Positions 1 to 11,400 of a stretch of 64,000 nt of DNA are shown piece after piece (the stretch's first letter is position 1; each line of letters starts with the position of its first letter). Made by a program: the position numbers and the translations under genes. A model generated the notes under the pieces. It made no database searches, was not told the DNA's origin, and saw only the letters and a list, made by a program, of their open reading frames with translations. The DNA is from Histomonas meleagridis 2922-C6/04-290x (taxonomy: Eukaryota > Protista > Parabasalia), in NCBI GenBank assembly GCA_020184695.1, contig JAANOX010000268.1, forward strand, positions 1 through 64,000, read 5' to 3'.

Positions 1-3000
1 TCCAAATACGATAAAAAAAGTAGGAGTAATAGAAATAGGTCTCCAAGAATGAGGATTTTGAGCATCACCTTTTTTGTATAACATAATTGTTTTACTTAAT
101 TTAAATAATTCAGGACATTTTTTAGTTAACATAGTAATTTTAGTAGTAATTTTAATTAATTTAATAGTAGTAGTGTTACCTAATTTTCAAATATAATTAG
201 AAATACCATCGGGACCATAAGCAGCCGCATTAGATCTAGAAAAAATTGCATGTTTAATATTATCATCATCAAAAATATAATTTAATAATAATTCATTACT
301 ATTAGGGTTCATAATATCTTTAAAATCAAATTCCTGGGAATCATTAATAAAAATTTATTTGACTCCAATTATTACCATATTCCATCATAAAATCTTCAGG
401 ATTTGAATTACATTCAGGAGTCGTATTATTAGTGATAAACCAACGTAAACATCTACTAGGATCTTCCATGTAAAGATTTTGTACTAAACCTTTATAGTTT
501 TGATTTTTTTCTTATTACTAACTTGATTTTCTTTAATTTTATCATCAATGAACTTAATTTTATTTTCATAATAGTCTTCCGCTGATTGTATTAGATTTAT
601 AATATCTTGAGGCTCATTAATTTCTAGAAAAGATTTTTATTTCATCCGGGAGGAAATTGATGGTTTTTAATAATCTTTTCTTGAAGTTTAGACATTGTAT
701 TAAGAATAAATTGAGATTGAGGCTTATGATATAAATCTTTAAATTTGTTTAACCAAAACGTAATTTTACATAAATTATGTGTCTCCATTTCTTTGTTACG
801 AAGATCTATTCTATCTTCTGTGCTAGTGACTACTGTGTTCCTTCTGTTTAACATTTTTATTCAACGGAATTTTTTTAAAATATCTCTTAATTCGTCACGA
901 ATTAACATATTATTTTTAGAAAGGCGACCTTCCCAAATATAAAAATCTTCATCATTACAATTATTATAATCTTGAGGTTTACAAATTTCTATTAAAGGTT
1001 CGATTTTATATTTAAATAAATCTGGTAATTTAGCTCTAATTTTAAATTTATTTTTACCCCAAGTTTTAGGTAATGATATAAATTGAGATTCTTGTTCTTG
1101 ATTATCAGAAGTCCATTTTCTAGCTAAAATTAATAATTGGTCTCTATTTAAATTTTTAATTTTATTTGAATCAAATTCATTATTAATCCAATTTAAATTT
1201 ACTGGGGGATGTATTTGATCTGGAGGAGTTAAATTTAATGTTCGGGAATTTTGAATTGCTTGTAATTGTAAATCTCAATTTAAATTAATACGGTCATTTT
1301 CTTCTCTTCTTTGTCCATAGCATTTGTTTGTTCATTATTTAAAATGAAAGGAATTTCTCTGACCGCTAATCTTTCTCTTTCTGTGATTGTTCTACTCATA
1401 AACACTTTATCTTCATAATCTTTGATATCTTTTTTAATTTCTTCTAATTCTGTTACATTAAAATTCGAATACATTAAAGGACAACATTTAATTCTATAAT
1501 AAGGTAAATTTGTACCTTCAATAGTATTTAATGCATGATTCATTTATTACAATGATTATGTAAACCTTTAGAATCAGAAGTCCAATAAGTTTCACAATAT
1601 TTACAAACAAAACCTTCTTTAAGTTTAATTATATCTAAACATGAAGGAATTTTGTCGTAAGTATTAACATATTGTAACATTGTAGACCAAAACCAACCAA
1701 TAGAATTCTTCATTTTTCTCAAAATCTTTATGAGAATAAGTAATATGAGAGAAAAGGGATTTATTTGTATTTGAAAAATATTTACAATTAGGTATTGGAC
1801 AAACGTAAACATTATTTCGATAACACTCAGGTTTATCTTCTTCATAAATTAATTTCCAATATAAATCATTATTGATTAAATATTTAATGCAACCATATAA
1901 ATGATTTTGATCAGGTTTATGATTATGAACTTTAGTCATATGACTAATCAAATCATTACCTGATTTAATTAATTTATAGCATTCACATTGACAAGGGAAT
2001 TGACCTGGTGCACACCATTTATTTTCTCTAATCATAATATGAATTAATGGTTGTTTAGCTAAATTAATATCTTTATATTTCCAACAATATAAGTTATTTA
2101 AATTCTTCCATTTATTAATGAAATCTTTAATATCATAAGGTAATCGACAACGATTTTAGTCACTAATTAATTTATTATAAATAATATCATCTGGTAATAA
2201 ATCACTAATATCATCAATTCCGGAATCTGCATCATCTGAACCCTCTGAATCAGAAGGATCAGGGAAAAGAAAGATTATTTTATGGATGATTATTTGAAGT
2301 ATCAATAGAAGTAATATGATTAACATTATCATCTGAATAAGTATCTGAAGCATTGTAATTTGAATCATCTGAAGAAAAAGTAGATAAATTAGTAATTTTT
2401 TTAAAAATTTTGGAACACTAATATAATTAAATTCCAAAATTGGGACTATAACATCTATTTTTTTAGTTTCTTTGATAATATTGATTTTCATTTGAGGAAT
2501 TTCAGCATCATAAGTTAAATCCACTTCATTAACAGTAACTTTCAAACTTTCAACATTAGCTACTGAAGTTTTACAACCTTCAATAACTTTGATATCATGA
2601 GAAAGAACAGTTGTTGTTGAAGTAACGTTTTGATACTCTGGTATAACAACATGACTTTCAGATATAGGATTTGAAGTTTTAGTTGTATAAACTGGTTCAT
2701 TAGTATGACTTTCTACCAAAGGTTTAGAAGTTTTAGTTATATTAATTGGTTCAACTTTATGTTCTTCATTTATTGGATTAGAAATTATAGTTTTATTTAA
2801 TGGTTCAACTTTGTGTTCTTCATTAATTGATTCAGAAATTATAGTTTTGTTAATAGGTATTACTTTATGTTCTTCATTAATCGGGTTGGAAGTAATAGTA
2901 TTAATAATTGGTTTATTTATTAAGTTATCTACTTGAGCATCTTCTGTTATAATGTTATTAACTTTGCTGATATGTAATTTATCAATTCTAGGACTAGCAG

Positions 3001-4036
3001 TTAAAATGTTTCTCTTAGGTATAACTTCTAATGAATCTGATTTAGTTGTGATATTTCCGGGATTAAAGGATGGAGTAACTTGAAAATTTTGATAATCAGA
3101 ATTTATTGTTGGAAATTCGAGTTCGGGTTCAAATGAAGGTTCTTCTGAACCCAAATCATAAGTAATAGCCTGAGCTTGAATATCTTCTGTTTCTTCAACA
3201 AATGGTGAATTAGTAAAATTAAAAGTTGCATTATTTTGATTAATTGATCTGTTATCTTGACCAAATGCAATAAAACCAATTTTGGTATTGTTTTGAACTG
3301 GTGAACATGAGTTTATAAAGTTTTTCGAAAAATCATAATTGCAATTAATTTGTAATAAATTCCAAGTATTATTAGAAGAATTAATATTTATCTGTTGTTG
3401 ATTAAGAATATTATACACAATGATCTGAGCTTCATTCCTAATGTGAGAAATCTGTTCATCATTCCAAAATAATCTAAACGGGGATTCTCTAAGTCTGTTT
3501 GGTCCTATAATAGGACGTAAATCGAGTAGACCTCTGTCAAATTCCTCTATCGTTGTAGGAATGGGAGGATTGTGGGTATTAATTCTTAATATATCATGTT
3601 GAATAATGGCTTGTCCTCGTGCTAGAATAGCCCCATTCGAGTCATTACATTGTATAGGTAAAAATCTGAGAATATTAATGTCTGATGAAATAATCACCCA
3701 ATTTGGTGGTGGAGGTAATGGTGTTCCTTCTGGGCTTGTTGGTGTTGGGTGGTAATGACGACCTCGTATTAATAAAATTTCTTGTTGAAATGGAAGTTCT
3801 TGATTAATTTCAAGAACAAAATCTTCATCATTTTCTTTTTGTTCGAGGTTAGCTTCCTCTTCAATAATCGGTTCTATCCTGTGGTCTTGTGCCGTTTTTT
3901 CATGAGTAGTGTCGGATTTTTCCGCAATATATTTATCTGATAATTTTTCCGACCGAACAAAACTGGTATCAATCGAGTGCCCTGGGGGAGTTATTTCCGA
4001 AAATCGGGTTCTCGGACGCAAAAAATCAATATTCAT
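1..4036 (-). mobile_element. Degenerate 5' half of an RLE-type (R2/NeSL/CRE-like) non-LTR retrotransposon; continues beyond the left window edge
   Basis: ORFs 2156-4036, 1664-2035, 1540-1845, 1280-1543 and 642-854 join into one polyprotein across a few stops and frameshifts; 2156-4036 and 1664-2035 are in frame, separated by a single TAA. It carries C2H2-type fingers (CECYKLIKSGNDLISHMTKVH, CPIPNCKYFSNTNKSLFSHITYSH, CKYCETYWTSDSKGLHNHC). Manual translation of 240->1 gives SNAAAYGPDGISNYI*KLG...CPELFKLSKTIMLYKKGDAQNPHSWRPISITPT, the GPDGI and KKGD..P..WRPISI motifs that open non-LTR RT domains. Confidence 0.85.
2740..2890 (-). repeat. Three 54-nt (18-aa, PINEEHKV-containing) coding tandem repeats in the retroelement ORF
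   Basis: acttt(a/g)tgttcttcatt recurs at 2754, 2808 and 2862. Confidence 0.85.
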
Positions 4037-4052
4037 GAAAAATCAAAAAAAT

Positions 4053-4126
4053 CTCCTCCCGTGTGGATCGAACACACGACTTCCAGATTAACAGTCTGAC
4101 ACTCTAACCAACTGAGTTAGGGAGGA
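4053..4126 (-). tRNA. tRNA-Asn (GTT)
   Basis: Reverse complement TCCTCCC TA ACTC AGTTGGTTA GAGT G TCAGA CTGTTAA TCTGG AAGTC GTGTG TTCGATC CACAC GGGAGGA G forms a full cloverleaf with anticodon GTT, followed by a T7 Pol III terminator. Confidence 0.96.
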
Positions 4127-4230
4127 AGCCTGATGTTAATTAGATATGTAATATTTGGATGATTAATACATTATATTCTGTAAAAAACAGTTTTCTCGTA
4201 CAAATATGAAGAACGTTAAAAAAGCACAAA

Positions 4231-5196
4231 ATGCTTGATCGGAAACTTCCCGTCATTGATCCAGAATTTCAATCTATGTATGACTGGGATAATGACCAAT
4301 CTTCTCCTTATGAAATTAAAATCATGTTTCCAATTTTTTCTCCCAAATTTTCACAAGATATGGTTAACGTAGAACTTAAAGATAACAAAGTAATTAACGT
4401 TACATTCGAAGATGGGCCACCTCTTCTTTGTGGTGTTCTTCAGGAAGAAATTTCAGATTTTTTATTATTTCTTTCAGGTAATAATTTAGTTCTTGTTCTA
4501 AAAAAGGTCAAAGACACCGAGTGGCCCCTTGTTGTTATTGACTTTCATCCAGAAAACAGACTTATGGATCCAAAAACTCTTTATGTGTTATCCTTTTCAA
4601 ATCCTAATGGAAACTCTATTACATACCTTTCGATGGCATGTGGATTTCGCTTTGTTCCTGCAATGAACGTTTTTGCTATTACTTTACTTAATCAAGGAAA
4701 TCCAGAATTCACAGAAAGTGCAATTGAACTATTAAAAATTGCATCTGAGCAGTACAACAGCTCTAGCTCTTTGCTCCACCTTGGAGCTATTTTGACATAC
4801 AGTTCTAATTGCGAAGAAGCTTATCAATATCTTCTCAAAGCTCTCGAAATGGGAGAAACAGAGGCAAGTTCCTATCTTGGGGAGTTGTATTCTCCATTTT
4901 CGAGAGTCACGCTCTTCAAAGAAAAGGATTCTGCAAAAGCCATTGAATACTATCAAAAATATGAAAGCCCTATTTCTCTTTATGGCATGTATGTAATTTA
5001 TCTAAAAGGAGATAATAAGGTCAAAAAGAATATGAAACTTGCAAAAGAATACTATGAAAAGGCAAAAAAGCTGAATCCAGAAATAGAAGATTTCCCCGAA
5101 GAAAAAAGGAGTATAACTCCTTTTGTTGCAGCTGGTGCTGTCGCTGTAGCTGCAATTTCCTATGTTGTTTTTAGAGTAATAAAGAGACAAAAGTGA
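4231..5196 (+). CDS. Tail-anchored protein with CS/Hsp20-like domain, Sel1/TPR-like repeats and C-terminal TM (Tom36/Tom46-like architecture)
   Basis: 321 aa; N-terminal beta-sandwich-like segment ending LVLVLKK..TEWPLVV; helical repeats (EEAYQYLLKALEMGETEA; KAIEYYQK; KLAKEYYEKAKK); terminal hydrophobic helix FVAAGAVAVAAISYVVF followed by basic RVIKRQK. Confidence 0.6.
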   Translation: MLDRKLPVIDPEFQSMYDWDNDQSSPYEIKIMFPIFSPKFSQDMVNVELKDNKVINVTFEDGPPLLCGVLQEEISDFLLFLSGNNLVLVLKKVKDTEWPLVVIDFHPENRLMDPKTLYVLSFSNPNGNSITYLSMACGFRFVPAMNVFAITLLNQGNPEFTESAIELLKIASEQYNSSSSLLHLGAILTYSSNCEEAYQYLLKALEMGETEASSYLGELYSPFSRVTLFKEKDSAKAIEYYQKYESPISLYGMYVIYLKGDNKVKKNMKLAKEYYEKAKKLNPEIEDFPEEKRSITPFVAAGAVAVAAISYVVFRVIKRQK

Positions 5197-5401
5197 ATGT
5201 TTCCAAACTGATTAAAAATAAACGCGCTTTTACGATAGATAATTCTGAGCATTTCGTATCAAAAAGAATTCAAAAATGTATCGTTATAAAATGGATATAC
5301 AACTTTTAGATTATCTAAAACCTTTGCAAAAACTTAATGTTTGGTGCTTTAAAATCTAATTCGAAAATTCTTTTTATAAAAAAAATAGATAAAAAACATT
5401 T

Positions 5402-6310
5402 TTATTGGTTCTCATTTTCTGGTGTTTCTTCTTTGGGTTTTCCCTCTTTTCCATTTATTTCAGTCACTTCAGCCTTTTCAACATTTTTATCTGTTTCATT
5501 ATTCATTATTTTTTCCTTGTCAAGTAATAGTACAACAGGGCTATGATCACTGAAATTTGTACTTTCGATGGAGCATCCACATACTAAACCTTCGTGAGCA
5601 AATAAATCTTTGTCCATCACAACATAGTCGAGTCTCCAGCCTCGGCCACGAGCTTTGGCATTGAATCTATAACTATAGAAAGAGAAACTTTGTAAATCTG
5701 GATTTAAAGTGCGAAAAACATCAACGTAACCACGTGAAAGAAAGTCAGTGAATGATCCTCTTTCAGCTGGTGTAAAGCCAGCTGTTTTGTCGTGTCCTTT
5801 TGGTGAAAATATATCGATGTCTTGATGAGCAACATTTAGATCACCAACAATTATGACAGACTTTTTCTGCTTAAGAGAGTCTAAATAATCGTAGAATTTA
5901 GGGAGCCACTCGTTAACTTTATATGATAAACGCTCAAGTTTCATTCCGGCCATGGGAACGTAAACATTAACTAAATAAAAATTGGTGAATTCCATTTGAA
6001 TAACACGCCCCTCTGGATCATTGATACCTTGACACACACTGATTGGTTTAATTTTTGTATAAATTGCGGTGCCAGAATATCCCTTCTTTTTGGTGCAATG
6101 ACAAAAATACGAATGATAACCTTCAAAGGAAAAGTTATCAAGTGGTGGCTTGATACCAGAATAAACTTTTGTTTCTTGTATACATGCAATATCAGGAGAA
6201 TTTGTATTAAGATATTCTTTAAATCCTTTATCCCAAGCGCTCCTCAAAGATGACGCATTAATTGTAATTATTTTTAGTATTGACTTTGTAGTTTCTTTGG
6301 AATTGGTCAT
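5402..6310 (-). CDS. Exonuclease III-family AP endonuclease (APE1/xth-like)
   Basis: Motifs INASSLR, DIACIQETK, GYSGTAI, EGRVI, NVYVP, GDLNVAH, GWRLDY and SDHSP. Confidence 0.93.
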   Translation of the reverse strand: MTNSKETTKSILKIITINASSLRSAWDKGFKEYLNTNSPDIACIQETKVYSGIKPPLDNFSFEGYHSYFCHCTKKKGYSGTAIYTKIKPISVCQGINDPEGRVIQMEFTNFYLVNVYVPMAGMKLERLSYKVNEWLPKFYDYLDSLKQKKSVIIVGDLNVAHQDIDIFSPKGHDKTAGFTPAERGSFTDFLSRGYVDVFRTLNPDLQSFSFYSYRFNAKARGRGWRLDYVVMDKDLFAHEGLVCGCSIESTNFSDHSPVVLLLDKEKIMNNETDKNVEKAEVTEINGKEGKPKEETPENENQ

Positions 6311-6891
6311 AAAAATTTGGTCAGTTAATTAAAAAAATTAAAATTTAAGCAAAAAGTCACTTTCAATCTACGAAAAACAAAAAGATTTACCACAAGCACT
6401 GCTTCTATATTAATTCTTTGTTTTAAAGATTAGCAATAAATAAATCGAATAATTGATTTTTTTTTATTACAGCTACGAAGAAATAATAAAACCATTACTA
6501 ACAACTATGATTTGAAAGTAAGAAAAATAGTTATGATCTGGGTCGTGCATTTTTCTCTTACTTTTTTGCGATCAAATTTGAAAGATAAAGAACTCTTGCT
6601 TATGATACATCATGGCGAAGAAACCCCAATCTAAAACACACAAATGTTGTTTAAATATCCCATGTTTAAAACATTGTAATAACCCTTCCAAAATTACTAA
6701 CCATTAATGGTTAATATTAATTTTATATCAAAGCTTATTTTAAATGAATAAGTACGTGCTCTTTAACGCATTGGATTTCATTCAAAAACCAAAACAGAGA
6801 TCGTATAATAAGTGTATAATTTTTTCCATAAAAAAGAACATTTAATTAGTTTATTTAGTTATTAACATGATTTTTTACAAATATTAAAACA

Positions 6892-7992
6892 TTAACTTCC
6901 ATTTCCGGTCGCATTTCCTGTCGCATTTCCAGAATTCTGTGATTCCATTAGCATTCGATAAAAAGTATTTTCTAGTTCTATTCTATTTTCTTCTTGTTCT
7001 TTGTATTTGTCTAAATTATCCAAAATATTTTTCTCTATTTCATCTATGATTTTCTGATTCTTTTCTATTTCTTTCTGATATTCGGTAATGTCATTTGCAA
7101 ATGGAAGAGTTTCGCCTTCATCATTATCAGGCTTCTGCAAACCAACTGCCTGTAGTTCAAATTCCAATCTCTCATCAAAAGAATGAGATAAATAATCATC
7201 AAATGGTAATTCAGGAGGCAGCATGTGAATGGGGGGCCCCTGTCTATCGTTATTTGCGTTTTTTTCGGTTTTGATCGGTTTCGCTTCAACAAATGCACTC
7301 AAAAGATAGTGCATTGTACTAGAGATTTGCTTTTGTGCTTCTTCCATTTGAAAAGGAGGTGCATTTGTTTTCCAGTAATCAAGTTTTTCTGTTGGAGGAG
7401 GTGGAGGAGGTGGTGGACTATAAATCTTTTTCTTAGTTTCTCTTCGAGTTCTTTCAACATATGGTTCTAAGCAATCTCTCCAATGCTGACGCTTTGGGAG
7501 AACATCAAAATTGTAATTGGGATGACAAATGGTTGTTAATTCTTGTCGAGAAGGTAATTTTTTAAATAATGGCTCAAGTTGAAGCCAAACATCAAGTTGA
7601 CTAACTGGCTGCTTTTCGTTTTGAGAAGGAGGTTTGTCTATAGTTCGAGTTTGATTGGCTGATGGAGTTTTAGATTCGCCTGATTTTTTGATGTTTAATG
7701 GTTTGGATATGTTAATTGTTGAGTTTTTTGATTTTAGTTGTCTTGAAAAATTACAAATTAAATTTCTCGTTTGTTGTATTCCTTCTTCATATTGCCTTGA
7801 GTAATTGATCAGCATAGACTGTACATTAAGGAGTTCTTCTTTGTATTTTTTAAGCATTTCTGGTTTGAAATCAGAAGAAACAGTAAGTCGTTTGCAGTTT
7901 ATAAGTATTGCGTTCGAGTCTATCATAAGTGAGGAAGGGTCAAAGTGTTCTGGCTGTAGGCTGGAGACATTTTGTTTGACTCTGCCATTCAT
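6892..7992 (-). CDS. Probable Ada3/NGG1-like HAT-complex subunit
   Basis: Ada3-like motifs HYLLSAFVE and YLSHSFDERLEFELQAVGL followed by a coiled coil; recognised by resemblance only. Confidence 0.5.
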   Translation of the reverse strand: MNGRVKQNVSSLQPEHFDPSSLMIDSNAILINCKRLTVSSDFKPEMLKKYKEELLNVQSMLINYSRQYEEGIQQTRNLICNFSRQLKSKNSTINISKPLNIKKSGESKTPSANQTRTIDKPPSQNEKQPVSQLDVWLQLEPLFKKLPSRQELTTICHPNYNFDVLPKRQHWRDCLEPYVERTRRETKKKIYSPPPPPPPPTEKLDYWKTNAPPFQMEEAQKQISSTMHYLLSAFVEAKPIKTEKNANNDRQGPPIHMLPPELPFDDYLSHSFDERLEFELQAVGLQKPDNDEGETLPFANDITEYQKEIEKNQKIIDEIEKNILDNLDKYKEQEENRIELENTFYRMLMESQNSGNATGNATGNGS

Positions 7993-8431
7993 TTATGCAG
8001 AAGCGAACTAGTGGAATCTAGGGCGCCCCTGAGAACAAAAAAGTCAGAACCGTACCTATCGTTATACTTTATGCTATTAAAAAAATGTATCGTGCTGTTA
8101 TTTGAAGAGGGAAATTTTGGAACAAATACCTAATGAATTTTTAATTATAACTTCAATTCATTACATATAAATATAACATTTAAGTTCACGTTTGCGAAGA
8201 AAATCAGAAATGAAGATTAAAAATATTCATTTAACACGATTAATTTTATTAGAATCAATAATTTTTCTTGTATATAAATGATAATAACAAAGAGAAACTT
8301 ATTATTAATGAATTTTTGGACCATTTTATATAATATAGTTTTCCACCTAAATAAATATGTAACTATTTTTTATATGAAAATTGCAGTGAGTATAAAAAGT
8401 GACAAATAATGCCGTTTATTAATAATTTTTA

Positions 8432-11400
8432 ATGAATGATGTAGACAAAACAGTTGATTTTTTATCAGATTCTCTTGACGCCCTTGGTCTTAATAATGTT
8501 GGAATTGAATCTATCAGTGCAATGAAGTTAGGAGATATTGATGAAGATTTTTTAAACTTATTATCAATAGATGATTCCACACCTGGAACTCTTTCTGAAC
8601 TAGAATCTAAACTTCGCCATTTATTTAAATCACCAGAACAGGTTAGTGTTTGGGAAACACTACGTGCAAAAGAGATCTCACCATCATTATTTGAAGTGCT
8701 ATGTTACATTCTCCTCACAAAACAAACAGAACTTTTTCCATATGGTGCAAGAATATACACACTTCTTCTTGGGATGGAGCCTTCTTCAACCATATGGAAT
8801 CCAATATTATTTAATCATATATTATCTATTCTTATCTCAGCACAACAAATTCTTGCCAATGGGGCTCAACTTAATAATTCCACAAAGTTACAACTTGATT
8901 TAGCCAATGATATATTTCAAATGATATCACAATTTTTCAATGAATCCTTTTCTAAAATGCTTGGTCAAGAAGTCCTTATAGCTCTTATTGAAATTTCTGC
9001 TAAATTAATGACAGGTTTTCGAGTCGAGTTTGATAAATACAATAATCAATTTCTTTCTTCAGCAATTACACTTCTGAAAAAATTACCAAAAAACCAAATT
9101 GATTATTTATTACCATTTCTTGTTGATATATTACTTCTTCAATTTGCACTCAACACTAATACATTAAATTTAAGACTTGAAAGGATTCGTGATAAACTTC
9201 TTGAGTTTTGTTTAGGAATTTTCCTACCGAATGATGAAAGACTTGAATTATTATGTAAACATTTACTATTAAGAGCGCCAGAACGTTCACATCTTCGACG
9301 AAGTGCATGTTATATCATATTTCGTTTATCAATACATTATTCAGAAACAAGGAACATCATTGATTTCATCATTAAAATGTCCAAATCGAATAAGATTGGG
9401 AATCGAAGTGTTTCTTTATATATGTTTCAATTATATATAATGAATATTGATGAAGTATCACAAAAAATTGGAGAAGATACTGCCGAAATTATAATGGAAA
9501 TTTCGGGAAGTATTAAAACATTACTTACTGATATTTCACCAACAGTTCGATCTATTTGTTTAGATTGTTTATCACAATTAATACCAATGTTTAATACTAA
9601 TCAATATGGAGGAGTAATTAAACATATTATAGATCATAATAATTCATTATTTGATATATTAAAGAAAAGAATTGAAGAAGAAAAATTAACTGTACGAAAA
9701 AGCGCATTAAATTGTTTAAATTCAATTATACAAAATTCATTAAATGAAATCCCAATTGGTGTAATTGAATTATTAACAGATAGAGTTAGAGATCGAGCAA
9801 TTAGTATACGACAATCAGCAATTAAAATATTAAGTACATCAATCGGAAAATTCCCAAAAGATAATAATTTAATTAAAGCTTGGCTTAGTACAGTATTACC
9901 ATGTGTTATGGATTCCGAAAAAACAGTACAAACAGAAGCAATAACATCAATACAAAAGAATATATTTGATCCTATTATTGAAGGTAGAAAAGAATATTTC
10001 ATTGAGAATATGAATGAAGAACATTTTGAAATAATGAAAAATGTTTTTATTGTTATTAAACAAAAAGCAATTCCATTAAATAATATAACAAATTCACTTA
10101 TTAAAATAGTTACGACACAAGATGAAGATGAAGATAATATAAAAATATGGAAATTATTAGAAATTCTTTCATCAGTAGAATCATCACATATTAAACCAAA
10201 TATATTAATTCAAATGTGGGATCAAAGGAATATTTTACCACCAGAATATTATTCTATTTTAGGGAATATTAAATTTAAAGACGAAAATATTAAAGAAGAT
10301 TCTATAAATATGATTCATGAAGTTATTGATTCATATCATAATCAATATAAATTAATTAATGGTTTAATAAAAATAATAAAATCTCAATTAAAAGAAAGAG
10401 AAACAGAAATATGGAGAAGTTTATTACAAATATGTTGTGAAAGGATTAACATTTTAGCACAATCACAAGATACAAAATCAAATGATTTAAATTCATTAAA
10501 TAATATAATATTTTTATTAGGAGAAATTATATCAAATATAAGTAAATCAATATTAATGGATTATGACTTTAATGGGTTACAATTATTAATAACAAATAAA
10601 TTACCAAATAATACAATTATACCACAAAACATTCGAGCTATTTCTACAATAACATTAGGTAAACTTTGTATTTCAAGGAAAGATATATCAATATCATTTG
10701 TATCAGCATTTGTACATCAACTTGTTATAAGTAATGATCCTAAAGTTAAATGTAATTGTTTAATAGTATTATGTGATTTATGTGTAAAATATTCATCATT
10801 AGTCGATCCACATGTACAATTAATGACTAATTCATTTGCAGATGAATCGCCAATAGTTCAACATCAAACATTACATGTAATTACACGATTAGTTGTCGAA
10901 GATTTCCTTAAACTTAAACCATTATTATTCTTTAAATATGTATATGCTATAACAGATGTTCATAATGAAGTAGCATTATTTGCTCAATCATGTCTAAGTG
11001 TAATATTAGAAAAATTCCCTAAAATAATATCTGATAGTTTCATTGATACGATTTATTATTTCTCTGGTTGTATCGATTTACCATTATTAGGTGAAACAAA
11101 TGAAGAAAAACGAATCTTTAAAATTAATTCAACAAAAAGAAGACAATTAGCATTATCATTATTAATCTCTAAGTTAAATGAAGTATCAACATATACATTA
11201 ATTCAAGCATTATTCACACAAGTATTAGAACGATATGTTAAAGAAGAATTGGACGTGTTTAAACATGGCGTTGTCCTTGAAGATGTTATTCATTCATTAA
11301 ATGAACTTGAAGATAAAATGAAACAATCAACAGAAGTCGAAGTAATTAATGATGACCCTGTTTCTGATTCAGTATTTGAAGCTAGTAAAAGAATTATGAT

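Noticed and set aside
5402-6310. AP endonuclease as the endonuclease of the nearby retrotransposon
   Set aside because: It is an intact stand-alone ExoIII/APE1-type gene lying upstream of the element and separated from it by another gene and a tRNA; the element has zinc-finger, RLE-type architecture.
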